A stretch of 64,000 bases of DNA from an uncultured bacterium (GCA_947643595.1 CANRWP010000013.1:263-64262); one strand, 5' to 3'. Counted from the stretch's first letter, positions 37,600 through 48,352 are shown. Program-made: numbers and translations. The notes: generated from the letters alone by a model not told the origin.

Positions 37600-38766
37600 T
37601 CAATAAAATATATGTCCCCCTATCGATATCCCCGTAAGCCCTTCGATCGGTGTCCGGAAATATACACAGTCTCCCACATTGGAGACGCCGGACATCGCTT
37701 CGTCCGCGGCCTGATAGCACGCCGGCGTTGCACGATCCTCCGCCAGCGCGATGGCAAGACGCCCGCTTCCCACCGGCGAAAACTGTGATTTTTGATAAAT
37801 AACACCCGTCATTGTATTCGGATACACGGAGCTGAGAAGACGATTGATCACCACTGCCCCCACCGCAAGCTGTCCGGCGTAGGGCTCTCCCCCCGCCTCA
37901 CAGTAGATCAGGTTCGCCAACAGATACCGATCCTCCTCTGCAAAAGCGACCTCAGAGATATCTCTCTTTGCCGACTGCGCTGCCAGCCTGGACATGGCTA
38001 TCTCCTCCGCCAGCTTCTTTTTAAGCGCCGCAATATTCTGATCCTGCTGCTTGATCCGCGCCTCGTAGGCCTCCGCCTCCGCCTGTGCGTTGGAAAGCTC
38101 TCCTGCACTCTGGGCGATATCCCCGGAGGTGGCGCTGATATATCCGCTGACCTTCGACTGTTCCGCCTCCACCTGAATCTTAAATTCCGAAAGTTCCGCC
38201 CGCTCCTTCTGGAGTTCCTTCTCCTTTTCATCTATCTCATCCCTGATGTTCCGGAAGTCCTCCAGCTGCTGCTGGTCATAGGCGGAGATCGCATCCACAA
38301 AATCATAATAATTCAGCATGTCGGAGACACTGTCCGCTCCCAGCATACCTTCCAGAAGCGCATAGTCATCCCCTCTCTCATACATATACTGGATCCGGCT
38401 CTTCATCGCCTCATACTGGCGATCCGCATTCTCCTTCGCCTCCTCAAGCGCCGCCTGGGTTTCGTCGATCTCCTGTTCCTTGTCCGAGATCTGCCCCTCC
38501 AACACCGCCAGTCTATCGCTGACCTCTGTAAGCTGATCATTCAGATGATTCAGCTTTCCCTGCAACGTCCCCAGCTCGCTCTGTAATCCTGATATATTTT
38601 CCTGTGTCTGATCCAGCTGGTCTTTTGTCTGCTCCCTCTCCTGCTGCGCCTGATCCAGTTTTTCCTTGGTGGTGAGAGCATACGCGGAAAGAGACAGCCC
38701 CGCTGTCATCCCTATCACAAGGGAACACGCCGCCAGACGCTTCCCCGCACTCATGATCCTTCCCAT
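37600..38766 (-). CDS. Secreted coiled-coil cell wall hydrolase (SleB/Hydrolase_2 domain)
   Basis: Signal peptide, long coiled coil, LIYCEAGGE...VVINR...QFSP. Confidence 0.88.
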   Translation of the reverse strand: MGRIMSAGKRLAACSLVIGMTAGLSLSAYALTTKEKLDQAQQEREQTKDQLDQTQENISGLQSELGTLQGKLNHLNDQLTEVSDRLAVLEGQISDKEQEIDETQAALEEAKENADRQYEAMKSRIQYMYERGDDYALLEGMLGADSVSDMLNYYDFVDAISAYDQQQLEDFRNIRDEIDEKEKELQKERAELSEFKIQVEAEQSKVSGYISATSGDIAQSAGELSNAQAEAEAYEARIKQQDQNIAALKKKLAEEIAMSRLAAQSAKRDISEVAFAEEDRYLLANLIYCEAGGEPYAGQLAVGAVVINRLLSSVYPNTMTGVIYQKSQFSPVGSGRLAIALAEDRATPACYQAADEAMSGVSNVGDCVYFRTPIEGLTGISIGGHIFY

Positions 38767-38826
38767 ATGCTTCACCTCCCTTCCTCTCTGTTTATCCGTT
38801 CTCATTGCCGCTTCTGCATTCTTTCC

Positions 38827-39306
38827 CTACAGCTCCAGTTCCACCCTTCTCCCGGTCGCCTCATACTTCCTGTACACCACTCCTGCCGCGTCAAACAGTC
38901 TTTTGGACGCGACATTTCCCGGCGTTCCGTCATATTTATCGCTGCCGTAGATCACTGTCCTGATCCCTGCCTGAATGATCGCTTTCGCACACTCATTGCA
39001 GGGGAACAGAGACACATACAGAGTCGTTCCCTCCAGCGATCCTCCTCTGAAATTCAGGATCGCGTTCAACTCACTGTGGGTCACATAGGCATATTTTGTG
39101 GAGAGCATATCGCCCTCTCTCTCCCAGGGAAACTCATCGTCAGAACACCCCATCGGAAGCCCGTTATAACCCATGGAGAGAATCTTGTGATCGTTGCTGA
39201 CGATACAGCATCCCACCTGCGTTCCGGGATCCTTCGAACGCATTCCCGCCAGTTTGGATATCCCCATAAAATACTCATCCCAGCTGATATAATCTGTCCG
39301 TTTCAT
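38827..39306 (-). CDS. dCMP deaminase family protein
   Basis: RSKDP, HSELNA, PCNEC. Confidence 0.92.
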   Translation of the reverse strand: MKRTDYISWDEYFMGISKLAGMRSKDPGTQVGCCIVSNDHKILSMGYNGLPMGCSDDEFPWEREGDMLSTKYAYVTHSELNAILNFRGGSLEGTTLYVSLFPCNECAKAIIQAGIRTVIYGSDKYDGTPGNVASKRLFDAAGVVYRKYEATGRRVELEL

Positions 39307-39359
39307 TTGTACCCCCGTCGACTTATCTCTATCCTTCTGTCAGATCACGCCGTCCGGAT

Positions 39360-39989
39360 CTACTTCGTCCCGAAAATGCGGTCCCCCGCATCTCCCAGGC
39401 CGGGCACAATATAGGCGTTTTCATTCAGTTTCTCGTCCAGCGCCCCGATATAGAGATCCACATCCGGATGCTCCTTCCGCATTCTTTCCACCCCTTCCGG
39501 CGCCGCTATAATACACATAAAATGGATCTTTCTGCATCCTTTCTCTTTCAGCATGCGGATGGCGGCCGCCGCGGAACCGCCGGTGGCCAGCATGGGATCC
39601 ACCACAAAAACTTCCCTCTCTCCGCAATCCGCCGGAAGCTTACAATAGTATTCCACCGGCTCATGCGTCTCCGGGTCCCGATACAGACCGATATGTCCCA
39701 CTTTCGCCACCGGAATCATCGTCAGCACGCCTTCCACCATGCCGAGTCCGGCCCTGAGGATCGGGACGATCGCCATCTTTTTCCCCTTCATCTCCTTTGC
39801 CACAGTTTTGCAGATCGGCGTCTCGATCTCCACATCCGCAAGCTGCAGATTCCTTGTGGCTTCATAAGTCATCAGCATTGCGATCTCACTGATATTTTCC
39901 CGAAAATCTTTTGTCCCCGTCTCTTTTCTTCTGATCCATCCGATCTTGTGTTGAATCAGAGGATGATCCATAATGATAGTCTTTGCCAT
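39360..39989 (-). CDS. upp: Uracil phosphoribosyltransferase
   Basis: [24 protein letters not shown]. Confidence 0.97.
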   Translation of the reverse strand: MAKTIIMDHPLIQHKIGWIRRKETGTKDFRENISEIAMLMTYEATRNLQLADVEIETPICKTVAKEMKGKKMAIVPILRAGLGMVEGVLTMIPVAKVGHIGLYRDPETHEPVEYYCKLPADCGEREVFVVDPMLATGGSAAAAIRMLKEKGCRKIHFMCIIAAPEGVERMRKEHPDVDLYIGALDEKLNENAYIVPGLGDAGDRIFGTK

Positions 39990-40010
39990 ATTATCTCCTG
40001 TTCCGAAATG

Positions 40011-40439
40011 TCAGCCCTCTATCTTGCCGATTCTTCTCTTGTGTCTCTCATCCTCCGAGAACGGTGTATCCAGGAATTTTTCCACGATATCCAACGCGAG
40101 AAATTCTCCCGTCACACCCGCGCCGATGGACAACATATTTGCGTCGTTATGGAGTCTTGTCAACTTTGCCGACACCGGATCTCCGCAGAGAGCACAACGG
40201 ACGCCCGGTATTCTGTTGGCACAGATCGACACGCCGATACCTGTCGTACAGATCACGATTCCTCTGTCGCAGCTTCCGTCCGCCACAGCTTTTGCCGCCG
40301 GTTTTATAAAGTCCGGATAATCGCAGGAAGACTTGTCATTGCAGCCGAAATCTTTGTACTCTAACCCTCTCTCCTCCAGATATTTTTTTACACGTTCCTT
40401 TAGATCATATCCGCCATGATCTGATGCGATTGCTATCAT
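40011..40439 (-). CDS. rpiB: Ribose-5-phosphate isomerase B
   Basis: SDHGG, CTTGIG, HNDAN, RHKRRI. Confidence 0.95.
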   Translation of the reverse strand: MIAIASDHGGYDLKERVKKYLEERGLEYKDFGCNDKSSCDYPDFIKPAAKAVADGSCDRGIVICTTGIGVSICANRIPGVRCALCGDPVSAKLTRLHNDANMLSIGAGVTGEFLALDIVEKFLDTPFSEDERHKRRIGKIEG

Positions 40440-40513
40440 AACTGTCCCCTTTCTGTCTATGGCTTTTTATACTCTCAGTATACCGCAAAATATACTGTTT
40501 TAAAAGCAAAATC

Positions 40514-41575
40514 TCAGACTTTCTCCACACGATGTCCCGCCGCTTTCAGAAGTCTGTTCATCACCGCCTGCCCGATGCCGTCATCCTCAAAGCTTTCCGA
40601 CCAGATCACATCCACCTCCGCCTCGTCAAACTCCCGCAGGATCCGGTATAATTCTCTGGCTGTCTCAGTTCCTTCCGCCCTGTCTCCGGCACTCTTTATC
40701 AGAGTGGCTCTGTAGCGCCCCAATGTTGCGTTCGTCGCGATGACACCGCTGCGATATCCCCTTCTCTCCGCCTCCATGGCCAGCTCATTGATGCGCCTTA
40801 CCACTGCCTCTTCCTCCCCGGCGATGATCGTCAGCTCCGCCTTCGGCGCATAATGCCTGTACTTCATGCCGGGCGCTTTCGGCGCGATATCACTGCCCTC
40901 CGGCAGGATCGCCCGGTCGGTCTCCACCTCCCCCAGGACTTTGGAGAGCATCTCCTTCGTGATATACCCAGGTCTTAAGATCGTCGGCACCGCCTCTGTC
41001 AGATCCACGATCGTAGACTCCAACCCGATACAGGCCTGTCCACCGTCCAGGATCATCTCAATTTTTCCGCCCAGATCCTCCTCCACATACTTTGCCAGCG
41101 TGGGGCTGGGGCGCCCGGAAGCGTTGGCGCTTGGCGCCGCCACGTATCCGCCCGCCTCCCGGATCAGAGAGATCGCCGTCTGATCGGAGGGCATCCGCAC
41201 CGCCACGGTGCTCAGACCGCCGGTCGTCTCCCCGGGCACTCTGTCCGATTTCGCCAGTATCATCGTCAGTGGTCCCGGCCAGAAAGCTTTCCCGAGCTTC
41301 TCCGCGGTCTCCGGTATCTCCCTCACAATGGGCGCCAGGTCTTCCCATCTGCAGATGTGCACGATCAGAGGATTGTCAGACGGTCTGCCCTTCGCGGCGT
41401 AGATCCTGCGGGAGGACTCCGGATTCAGGGCATCTCCCCCGAGTCCGTAGACCGTCTCCGTCGGAAACGCCACCAAACCGCCTGTCCGCAGGATATTCCC
41501 CGCTCTTTGCACCGCCGCCCGGGCGGCGGGTGTATCTCTGTTTTTGTCTGTTATGGTAAATAATTCTGTGTTCAT
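40514..41575 (-). CDS. Sua5/TsaC threonylcarbamoyl-AMP synthase
   Basis: FPTETVYGL, KGRPSDNPLI, APSAN, SUA5 domain APGMKYRHY. Confidence 0.95.
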   Translation of the reverse strand: MNTELFTITDKNRDTPAARAAVQRAGNILRTGGLVAFPTETVYGLGGDALNPESSRRIYAAKGRPSDNPLIVHICRWEDLAPIVREIPETAEKLGKAFWPGPLTMILAKSDRVPGETTGGLSTVAVRMPSDQTAISLIREAGGYVAAPSANASGRPSPTLAKYVEEDLGGKIEMILDGGQACIGLESTIVDLTEAVPTILRPGYITKEMLSKVLGEVETDRAILPEGSDIAPKAPGMKYRHYAPKAELTIIAGEEEAVVRRINELAMEAERRGYRSGVIATNATLGRYRATLIKSAGDRAEGTETARELYRILREFDEAEVDVIWSESFEDDGIGQAVMNRLLKAAGHRVEKV

Positions 41576-41632
41576 TATTTCCGCTTCCCGATCGAAAAAG
41601 GCGGCACCGCCGCCTTTTCGGAATATATCGCA

Positions 41633-42526
41633 TCACATTTCTTCCAGTTCGCTCTTCTCCACTTCCTCAACCGTTGGAATGGAATTCGCCGCCCCCATGC
41701 GGGACACCGCTATGGCGGCCGCCTTCGCGCACAGCCGTAACGCTTCCGGCACGGGCAGTTCCTTCATCATGGAGGCGATAAAGTACCCGGTAAACGTGTC
41801 GCCTGCCGCCGTGGTATCCACCGGTTTCACCCGAAAGATTCCCTGCCGGTGCGTCTCCTTTTTATCGCGGTAGACTACACCGTCCGAGCCCAGAGTCAGC
41901 ACCACCTGAGCCTCCGGAAATTTTTCCATCATCTTATCCAGTATTTTATCCGGATCCTTCTCCCCCGAGATCTGAAACCCTTCTATCTCATTCAGCAGAA
42001 ACACTGAGATTTTACGCATATCGCAGGAGAGCAAAGCGTCATTGAACGGCGAAGGATTCAGCACAATACGCATTCCCTTACCGTAAGCGGTATCGATGAT
42101 ATAAGGCATTTCATTGACCTCATTCTGCAACAGAACAATGTCGCCTTCCCCGAAGCCCGAAAACACCTCGTCCACATACTCTTTTGTGATCATACGGTTG
42201 CTGCCGCCGTACAACAGAATACAGTTCTGCGCGTTTTTATCCAGCTGAATGATCGTATGCCCCGATTTTCCGGGCACCATCTTAACCAGAGACGTGTCCA
42301 CACCGCTCTTCGCGCATAAGTCCAGAAACCCCTGGCCATCCTCCCCGACCATTCCCGCGTGCCGCACCGGCACGCCGGCTCTCGAGAGCGCAATAGACTG
42401 GTTTAAGCCCTTTCCCCCGAAATGCGTCTCCATACCAAAGGAATCCATCGTCTCCCCCGGCGTTATCACATGATCCACCTTATAGACATAGTCATAATTG
42501 AGTGAACCGAAGTTCAATACCTTCAT
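41633..42526 (-). CDS. rbsK: Ribokinase (PfkB family)
   Basis: GGKGLNQ, DTTAAGDTF. Confidence 0.88.
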   Translation of the reverse strand: MKVLNFGSLNYDYVYKVDHVITPGETMDSFGMETHFGGKGLNQSIALSRAGVPVRHAGMVGEDGQGFLDLCAKSGVDTSLVKMVPGKSGHTIIQLDKNAQNCILLYGGSNRMITKEYVDEVFSGFGEGDIVLLQNEVNEMPYIIDTAYGKGMRIVLNPSPFNDALLSCDMRKISVFLLNEIEGFQISGEKDPDKILDKMMEKFPEAQVVLTLGSDGVVYRDKKETHRQGIFRVKPVDTTAAGDTFTGYFIASMMKELPVPEALRLCAKAAAIAVSRMGAANSIPTVEEVEKSELEEM

Positions 42527-42539
42527 CTTTATCTCCCCC

Positions 42540-43637
42540 CTATATTTTTTTGGATAACATGTCCGGATTTGTCGCATATGCCAGCGCCATCTCTGCGGTG
42601 ATCCTCTTTTCCCGATACAGGCGCAGCAGACTGGAATCCATGGAGATCAGTTCCGGCTTGCTGGAAGAATAGAGAATTCCATCGATCTGAGGCACTTTAT
42701 TCTCCCGGATCATATTCCGGATCGCGGGGTTCACCGTCATAATTTCAAACGCCGGAACCAGTCTGCCGTCCACACCCGGTATCAGCTGCTGGGATACCAC
42801 TGCCTGCAGCACCATAGAAAGCTGTACCGCGATCTGCCTCTGCTGGTTCGCCGGAAATACATCGATGATCCGATCTATCGTATTCGCCGCGCCTATCGTA
42901 TGTAACGTCGAGATCACGAGATGCCCGGTCTCCGCCGCGGTCATCGCCACCTCTATCGTCTCATAGTCTCTCATCTCTCCCAACAAAATGACATCCGGGC
43001 TCTGCCGGAGGGACGCTCTCAGCGCTGTCACATAATTATCCGTATCCAGATTGATCTCCCTCTGGCTCACAATACTTCTGTTATGTCTGTGCAGATACTC
43101 GATGGGATCCTCCAGCGTGATGATATGTTTTTCCTGCGTATTATTGATGTTATTCACCACACAGGCCAGCGTCGTCGATTTTCCGCTTCCCGCAGGCCCC
43201 GTCACCAACACCAGGCCTTTGGCCAGATTGCCGAACTCTATGATCCTGGCCGGAATGTCAATGTCCTCCGGATCCGGCAGATCGAAGGTGATCACACGCA
43301 CCACCACTGACAAAGAGCCCCTCTGCTTGTATGCATTCACACGGAAACGGGAAAGTCCGGGGAGTGCAAAGGAAAAATCATCGTCCCCCTGTCCGGTCAG
43401 CCTCTCCATATCCCGTCCCCCCGCCAGAGAATAGATCTCCTTGACATATTCCTCCGTCTGGGAAGGCATAAGCTTCTCTCCGTCCATATGATGAATCCTG
43501 CCGTTCACCCGCCATGTAATAGGAAGACCCGCCACAACAAAAATGTCCGAAGCCCCCTCATTTACCGCCTGCTCCAACAAATGCCTGATATCCGTACCTG
43601 CATAATCCATGGGATAAACATCCTCCTTCAATTCCAC
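42540..43637 (-). CDS. pilT: PilT-family type IV pilus ATPase
   Basis: GPAGSGKSTT, LEDPIE, GEMRD, STLHT, AIRNMIRE (PilT motif). Confidence 0.92.
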   Translation of the reverse strand: MELKEDVYPMDYAGTDIRHLLEQAVNEGASDIFVVAGLPITWRVNGRIHHMDGEKLMPSQTEEYVKEIYSLAGGRDMERLTGQGDDDFSFALPGLSRFRVNAYKQRGSLSVVVRVITFDLPDPEDIDIPARIIEFGNLAKGLVLVTGPAGSGKSTTLACVVNNINNTQEKHIITLEDPIEYLHRHNRSIVSQREINLDTDNYVTALRASLRQSPDVILLGEMRDYETIEVAMTAAETGHLVISTLHTIGAANTIDRIIDVFPANQQRQIAVQLSMVLQAVVSQQLIPGVDGRLVPAFEIMTVNPAIRNMIRENKVPQIDGILYSSSKPELISMDSSLLRLYREKRITAEMALAYATNPDMLSKKI

Positions 43638-43640
43638 AGC

Positions 43641-44534
43641 CTAATAGATATACTTTGTCGCATATCCCTGTTCCTTTTTCAGCTTTGCCACGCCCTGAGA
43701 ACCATTTCCCGCCGCCATGGTGGGATCCATCATAGTCCAGTTCTTTCCGTCAAACTGAATGATGCTGTCCACCCAGCCGACCTCGGCCACATAGCAGCTG
43801 ATCCACGCATGATAGAGATTCCCCACATACCCCACTTCCAGCCTCGTGGGAATCTGCTGCGAGCGGAGCATTGCAGTCATCAGCGAAGCATAGTCAAAAC
43901 AGATTCCCTTCCCGGATGCCAGCGTATTATCCGGAAACGGCGCGTAGCCCGACTGCACTGTCGCCGCCTTATTGTTGTCGTAGGCAATATTTTTCGTCAC
44001 AAAACTGTACACCGAAGACACCACGTCCAGATCGGAGGCACACCCGGATGACAGAGCCTCCCCCTTCCTCACACAGGCGGAAGCGTCGTTAAAGCTCACA
44101 TAGCAGCTCGGATATAAAAACGGCTGAAATCCGTTGGAAATTGCAACCGCCACATTCTGAGACAACGCCACCGCGTAGAGATTCCGCTGTACATCCGCCG
44201 CCTCATACACAGCAAAGCTGTAGGTTCCGTTCCCTCCCGGCAGAGGGTAAGCCTGATAAGTCCCATAGTTTGTCACCAGATAGGTATAGGTGACGCCGGC
44301 AGGCGTCTTTATCTGAAATTTCACCTTGGGATTGGCGCCGCTGTAGTTCAGCATCACATAGCCTTCCGCCTTGTTGGATGTGTCCAGCACTGCGCTTCCC
44401 GACCGGTAGACTTCCACACCGGAAGCAGTGGGCACGAGCACCCTCTTTCCCTTCGCGGAAACCTTCTCGCCGCATCCCGCACACAGTACCATAAAAAGGC
44501 AGATCATGCAAAATATTAACGTTTTCTTTTTCAT
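43641..44534 (-). CDS. Transglutaminase-like lipoprotein
   Basis: Lipobox LCAGC; triad motifs GICFDYA, HAW, MDPT. Confidence 0.85.
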   Translation of the reverse strand: MKKKTLIFCMICLFMVLCAGCGEKVSAKGKRVLVPTASGVEVYRSGSAVLDTSNKAEGYVMLNYSGANPKVKFQIKTPAGVTYTYLVTNYGTYQAYPLPGGNGTYSFAVYEAADVQRNLYAVALSQNVAVAISNGFQPFLYPSCYVSFNDASACVRKGEALSSGCASDLDVVSSVYSFVTKNIAYDNNKAATVQSGYAPFPDNTLASGKGICFDYASLMTAMLRSQQIPTRLEVGYVGNLYHAWISCYVAEVGWVDSIIQFDGKNWTMMDPTMAAGNGSQGVAKLKKEQGYATKYIY

Positions 44535-44562
44535 CGTCTTCCTCCTTACAATCCGCTCAACG

Positions 44563-45063
44563 CTATTCAAATAATAAAACGGGCAGAGGTTCCTCCTCTT
44601 TCCATACAGAGACAGAAGCTTCCTGCCACTTCACTATCTTATAATTGCCCTCTCCCTTTTCCGGATCCAAAATTTCCAGTTCCACACACAGATTCTGACT
44701 CTCGGTGATCGCCGTCTCATAGGCCAGCACAGTCGTATCTCCGCTCTGTATCACGGTGATGCCGCTGTCCGTCTCCGCGGCCGCCGCCACCGCGTCATTC
44801 AAAAATTCCACATAATCTTTTCCCTGTCGATCTATTCCATCGATCGCCCTGTCGATCTCGCCCAGTCTGTGCTGCGCTTCCGATACCGCCGCATAATAGA
44901 GACTCGTCTTCTCCGCCATCCTGTCGCCGTAGCCTTTATCCCGCAGCGCCCCCGAAAGGGACAGCACGCCCAACAGAACCAGACACATCACCACAAAGAT
45001 GACTAACAGAAAGGACGTCCCCACCTGATATCCGGGATAGTTTTTTTCTCTCCCTCTGCTCAT
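44563..45063 (-). CDS. Single-TM pilin-like protein
   Basis: N-terminal G|TSFLLVIFVVMCL hydrophobic helix; ATGA-coupled to the upstream gene. Confidence 0.65.
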   Translation of the reverse strand: MSRGREKNYPGYQVGTSFLLVIFVVMCLVLLGVLSLSGALRDKGYGDRMAEKTSLYYAAVSEAQHRLGEIDRAIDGIDRQGKDYVEFLNDAVAAAAETDSGITVIQSGDTTVLAYETAITESQNLCVELEILDPEKGEGNYKIVKWQEASVSVWKEEEPLPVLLFE

Positions 45064-45515
45064 GAAGACACCTCCCTTTTCGTATATTTCTCCACATCCA
45101 GCAGATAGATTAACTCTCCGCTGCCCACTTTGCCATAGCTGAAAGAGCATTTCTCAAAATCACCGTCCCGGGTGATCACAGCCTCAAGGCAGACGGCCGC
45201 CTCTTCCCCTCCGCATATATTCCAGTCTCTGTCATACCAGAAATGATACAATATTCCGTTCGATTCCACTTTCTCGGCCCCCTCTTCCACCAGAAAAGCC
45301 TCGAAATCTTCGGAAGCCAGAAACAGTTCCGCATATCCTGCCGCCAGATTCTGCATTCTGCTCAGTTCTTCGTTTTCACGATTGATGCTTCTCGCCGTGA
45401 CGAACAGGCGAATGCACCACGCCGAAGCCAGGCTGAACAGCAGGATCGATATCATAAGTTCCAATAAAAACAGGCTCGAACGCCTTGCCAGTTTCCCATT
45501 CATGTCTCTCTCCAC
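45060..45515 (-). CDS. Pilin-like protein with degenerate class III signal
   Basis: RRSS|LFLLELMISILLF with E5 retained. Confidence 0.7.
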   Translation of the reverse strand: MERDMNGKLARRSSLFLLELMISILLFSLASAWCIRLFVTARSINRENEELSRMQNLAAGYAELFLASEDFEAFLVEEGAEKVESNGILYHFWYDRDWNICGGEEAAVCLEAVITRDGDFEKCSFSYGKVGSGELIYLLDVEKYTKREVSS

Positions 45516-45549
45516 TCCAGTTTTACATAATTTCCATCACGCGCGATCA

Positions 45550-46041
45550 TCAGCTCTCACTTTTGACTGCCGCGTAGGTAACCAGTTCCTGTCCGTTCTC
45601 ATCTATATAAGAAATTTTAATGATTCCGTCCTCCTGCTGTGCAAACTGAAAATTATCTGCCTGCAGGATTTCCTGACCGTCCAGAACCCCGGCGGACACC
45701 CCCTCCTGCACAAACAGCTCGCGAAGCGTGCCTTCATAACAGTACAGATAGGTGACATACGCCTGCCCGCCAAAATTCTGCCGCAGAATAATACTGGGAA
45801 CCCCGTCAAATGTGCCGATCTCCACACCGCCCTTTTCATCGTTCTGGCGGATCTTCTCCGTCACATAGGAGAGACAGGTCCGGCTCTCATAATTCCTCTC
45901 TTCCCAGGCAACATTTTTCTGATAGACATTTGCAGCCAAAAGCACCAGAAACAACGAGGAGGCCGCCAGCACCAGAAAAAGCGCGATCGGCAGCAACAGA
46001 TCGACGATATGTCTGTTTTTTCCTGCTTCTTTCATAACCAT
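45550..46041 (-). CDS. DUF4860-like single-TM protein
   Basis: N-terminal TM helix, SYVTEKIRQND, TYLYCYEGTLRELF. Confidence 0.75.
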   Translation of the reverse strand: MVMKEAGKNRHIVDLLLPIALFLVLAASSLFLVLLAANVYQKNVAWEERNYESRTCLSYVTEKIRQNDEKGGVEIGTFDGVPSIILRQNFGGQAYVTYLYCYEGTLRELFVQEGVSAGVLDGQEILQADNFQFAQQEDGIIKISYIDENGQELVTYAAVKSES

Positions 46042-46045
46042 CCTC

Positions 46046-46393
46046 CTATTCTTCCGCCGACCATTCCAATACGGTCACATCCGGCATCAGATTTGCTCCA
46101 AACACCTGATAATCCACAAAGAATTCTTCCGAGTCATACTGCAGGCCATATTCTTCTTTCAATACTTCCAGGCTCTCCGGGTATTTTCCTTCTATCGCAT
46201 AGTACTGTGTGATATTTCTCCAGACCGCGTCCTCCAGACTCTTTTTCTGTTCTCGTTTCGCTTTCCGGGAAGCGCCGTCTATTCCCGCGCAGAACAGGAG
46301 TACCACCGCGAAGAAAACCACAAAGGAGATCATCGCTCCGCGCACCCTGTTTTGTTTTTTTCCGTAATAAAATCTCTTCATATCCGTCACCAT
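46046..46393 (-). CDS. Small pseudopilin-like protein
   Basis: N-terminal TM helix and YAIEGKYPESL, similar to the GspG YxxDxGxYP motif. Confidence 0.65.
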   Translation of the reverse strand: MVTDMKRFYYGKKQNRVRGAMISFVVFFAVVLLFCAGIDGASRKAKREQKKSLEDAVWRNITQYYAIEGKYPESLEVLKEEYGLQYDSEEFFVDYQVFGANLMPDVTVLEWSAEE

Positions 46394-46412
46394 CTCCGCC
46401 TACAACTTCTGT

Positions 46413-47465
46413 TTATAAACCGGCCAGAATCCCGAGCAGCGGAAGCATAACCGACAGAAGGATCGTGCCCACGATAACGGAGAGGAGGATCACCAGGGTG
46501 GGTTCCAACATCGAGACAAAAGAAGTGATCCGCTCGTCCACTTCCTCTTCATACTGGTCCGCCAGTCTGCCCATCACCTCATCCACCTGTCCGGTGCGCC
46601 CCGCGATATCTGCCATTCTCGCATAGATACCGGCGAAAATTTTTGTCTGCAGCAGAGCCTCGGCCATATTGCTGCCTTCCTCCAGCAGTTTTCTGCAGGC
46701 CGCTATCTTTTCTCCAAAAAATCTGTTTTCATTTAACTCCTCCACCAGTTCCAGACCGCGCTCCGGCGTCAGGCCGCTCTTTAAAGCCAGAGACAATCCG
46801 CCGGCAAAACGGCAGATCGCCATCTTCTCGGAAAGTTCTCTGGAGAATTTAAAATGCTGTCCCATATTTTCCAGCTGCTGTCTGCCCTTCTTTGTCTTTA
46901 CCAGCCAGACAAACAGCACTGCCAGCACCAGAAGTATCGCCACAAAAACTATCGCATATCTGGAAAGCGCATTCCCCAGAAGCAGAGCTCCCCTTGAAAA
47001 GCCGCTCATCTCCACGCCCAGCTGTCTGAATACCTGCTGGAACACAGGCATTACCTTGGTCAAAAGCACCACTACCACCAGCGCCATAATTCCGATCATG
47101 ATAAGCGGATAGGTGAGCGCGCTCCGGATGCTCTGAGAGATAGCTTCCTGTCTCTCGTAATACCTCTCCAGGGAGTAAAGTACATCATCCAATGTCCCTG
47201 TCTCCTCACCGATCTGAATCATCTTACATATGTATTCCGGAAAAACCCCGGTCTCTTTGACCGCCGCCGCAAGCGTTCCCGTCTCCTGTACTTTATCGTA
47301 AATGATACCCAAAAGTTCCTGTTCAGCCGCCGTCTGTGCGTCCTCTTTCATAATGGATATTCCCTCGATAACGGAAATACCCGCTCTCAGAATCATCGCC
47401 ATCTGTTCGCAAAATGCAGAGAGCTCCAAATTGGACAAACTATCCTGCCGCGCCGTCTTCCCCAT
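46413..47465 (-). CDS. Type II secretion F / PilC platform protein
   Basis: Two T2SSF repeats: GEETGTLD...ALTYP and GRTGQVD...LEP. Confidence 0.92.
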   Translation of the reverse strand: MGKTARQDSLSNLELSAFCEQMAMILRAGISVIEGISIMKEDAQTAAEQELLGIIYDKVQETGTLAAAVKETGVFPEYICKMIQIGEETGTLDDVLYSLERYYERQEAISQSIRSALTYPLIMIGIMALVVVVLLTKVMPVFQQVFRQLGVEMSGFSRGALLLGNALSRYAIVFVAILLVLAVLFVWLVKTKKGRQQLENMGQHFKFSRELSEKMAICRFAGGLSLALKSGLTPERGLELVEELNENRFFGEKIAACRKLLEEGSNMAEALLQTKIFAGIYARMADIAGRTGQVDEVMGRLADQYEEEVDERITSFVSMLEPTLVILLSVIVGTILLSVMLPLLGILAGL

Positions 47466-47581
47466 TTCCTGTTTCCTCCTGTCTGTTTCAAAATGACATA
47501 TTTTTTTCAGTATATCATTATTTTTTTTTCTTTGCAATCATCTCCTGCTTTTATCTCGGATCTCCGCACACCCCCAAAATC

Positions 47582-48352
47582 TCATCCTTCCATTGTACTT
47601 GCGTACCGAAGTATTCCGAGATGGATCGCCCAGGCCACTCTGTCCTGATAATCCTCCTGCATCAGCAGTTTCGCCTCCTCGCTGTTGGAGAGAAAGCCGC
47701 ACTCCGCGATAATGATCGGCGTCTCTGTCTTCTTCAGAAGATAGTAACTGTCATTCGCCTTTGCCTCCCGCCTGTTTTCCCTGTCCAACACTTCCGCCAT
47801 TGTGTTTTGCATGATCTCCGCCATCTCCTGCCCGTGTATACTGGTCGCATAGTAGAACACCTGAGCTCCTTTTACATATTCCTCCGAGTAAGAATTCTGG
47901 TGGATACTCACAGCCAGATCCGCACCAGAGGAATCGATCAACGCCACCCGGTTCTTCATATCCTGCACCTTTTTGTTGGAGTCCTCCGGGCTGTACAGCC
48001 CATCCTCACCCTCCCGTGTCATGATAACCTCCACATCCGAGAGCTCCAGATACCGCTTTACCTTCCTGGCGATCAGCAGATTAATATCCTTTTCCAGCGC
48101 CTTATTAATCCCCACTTTCCCGGGATCGATCCCGCCGTGCCCCGCGTCGATCACCACTAATAATTTATGCTTCTTTTCATCCGGTGTGTCTGTCTTTTTA
48201 TCCTCCGCCAATCCTATGGTATCCCGATGAATCACAACATTGGCGCTGTCCGTCACAATATATTCCGCCGTCCTGCGAGAAAGAAGCAACATCGCCGCCG
48301 CAAATACTGCTCCCATCCCTATCTTTATTTTCCGAAACTGCTGTTCTGTCAT
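47582..48352 (-). CDS. N-acetylmuramoyl-L-alanine amidase (CwlD-like)
   Basis: IDAGHGG, EKDINL, SIHQN, ECGFLSN. Confidence 0.9.
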   Translation of the reverse strand: MTEQQFRKIKIGMGAVFAAAMLLLSRRTAEYIVTDSANVVIHRDTIGLAEDKKTDTPDEKKHKLLVVIDAGHGGIDPGKVGINKALEKDINLLIARKVKRYLELSDVEVIMTREGEDGLYSPEDSNKKVQDMKNRVALIDSSGADLAVSIHQNSYSEEYVKGAQVFYYATSIHGQEMAEIMQNTMAEVLDRENRREAKANDSYYLLKKTETPIIIAECGFLSNSEEAKLLMQEDYQDRVAWAIHLGILRYASTMEG

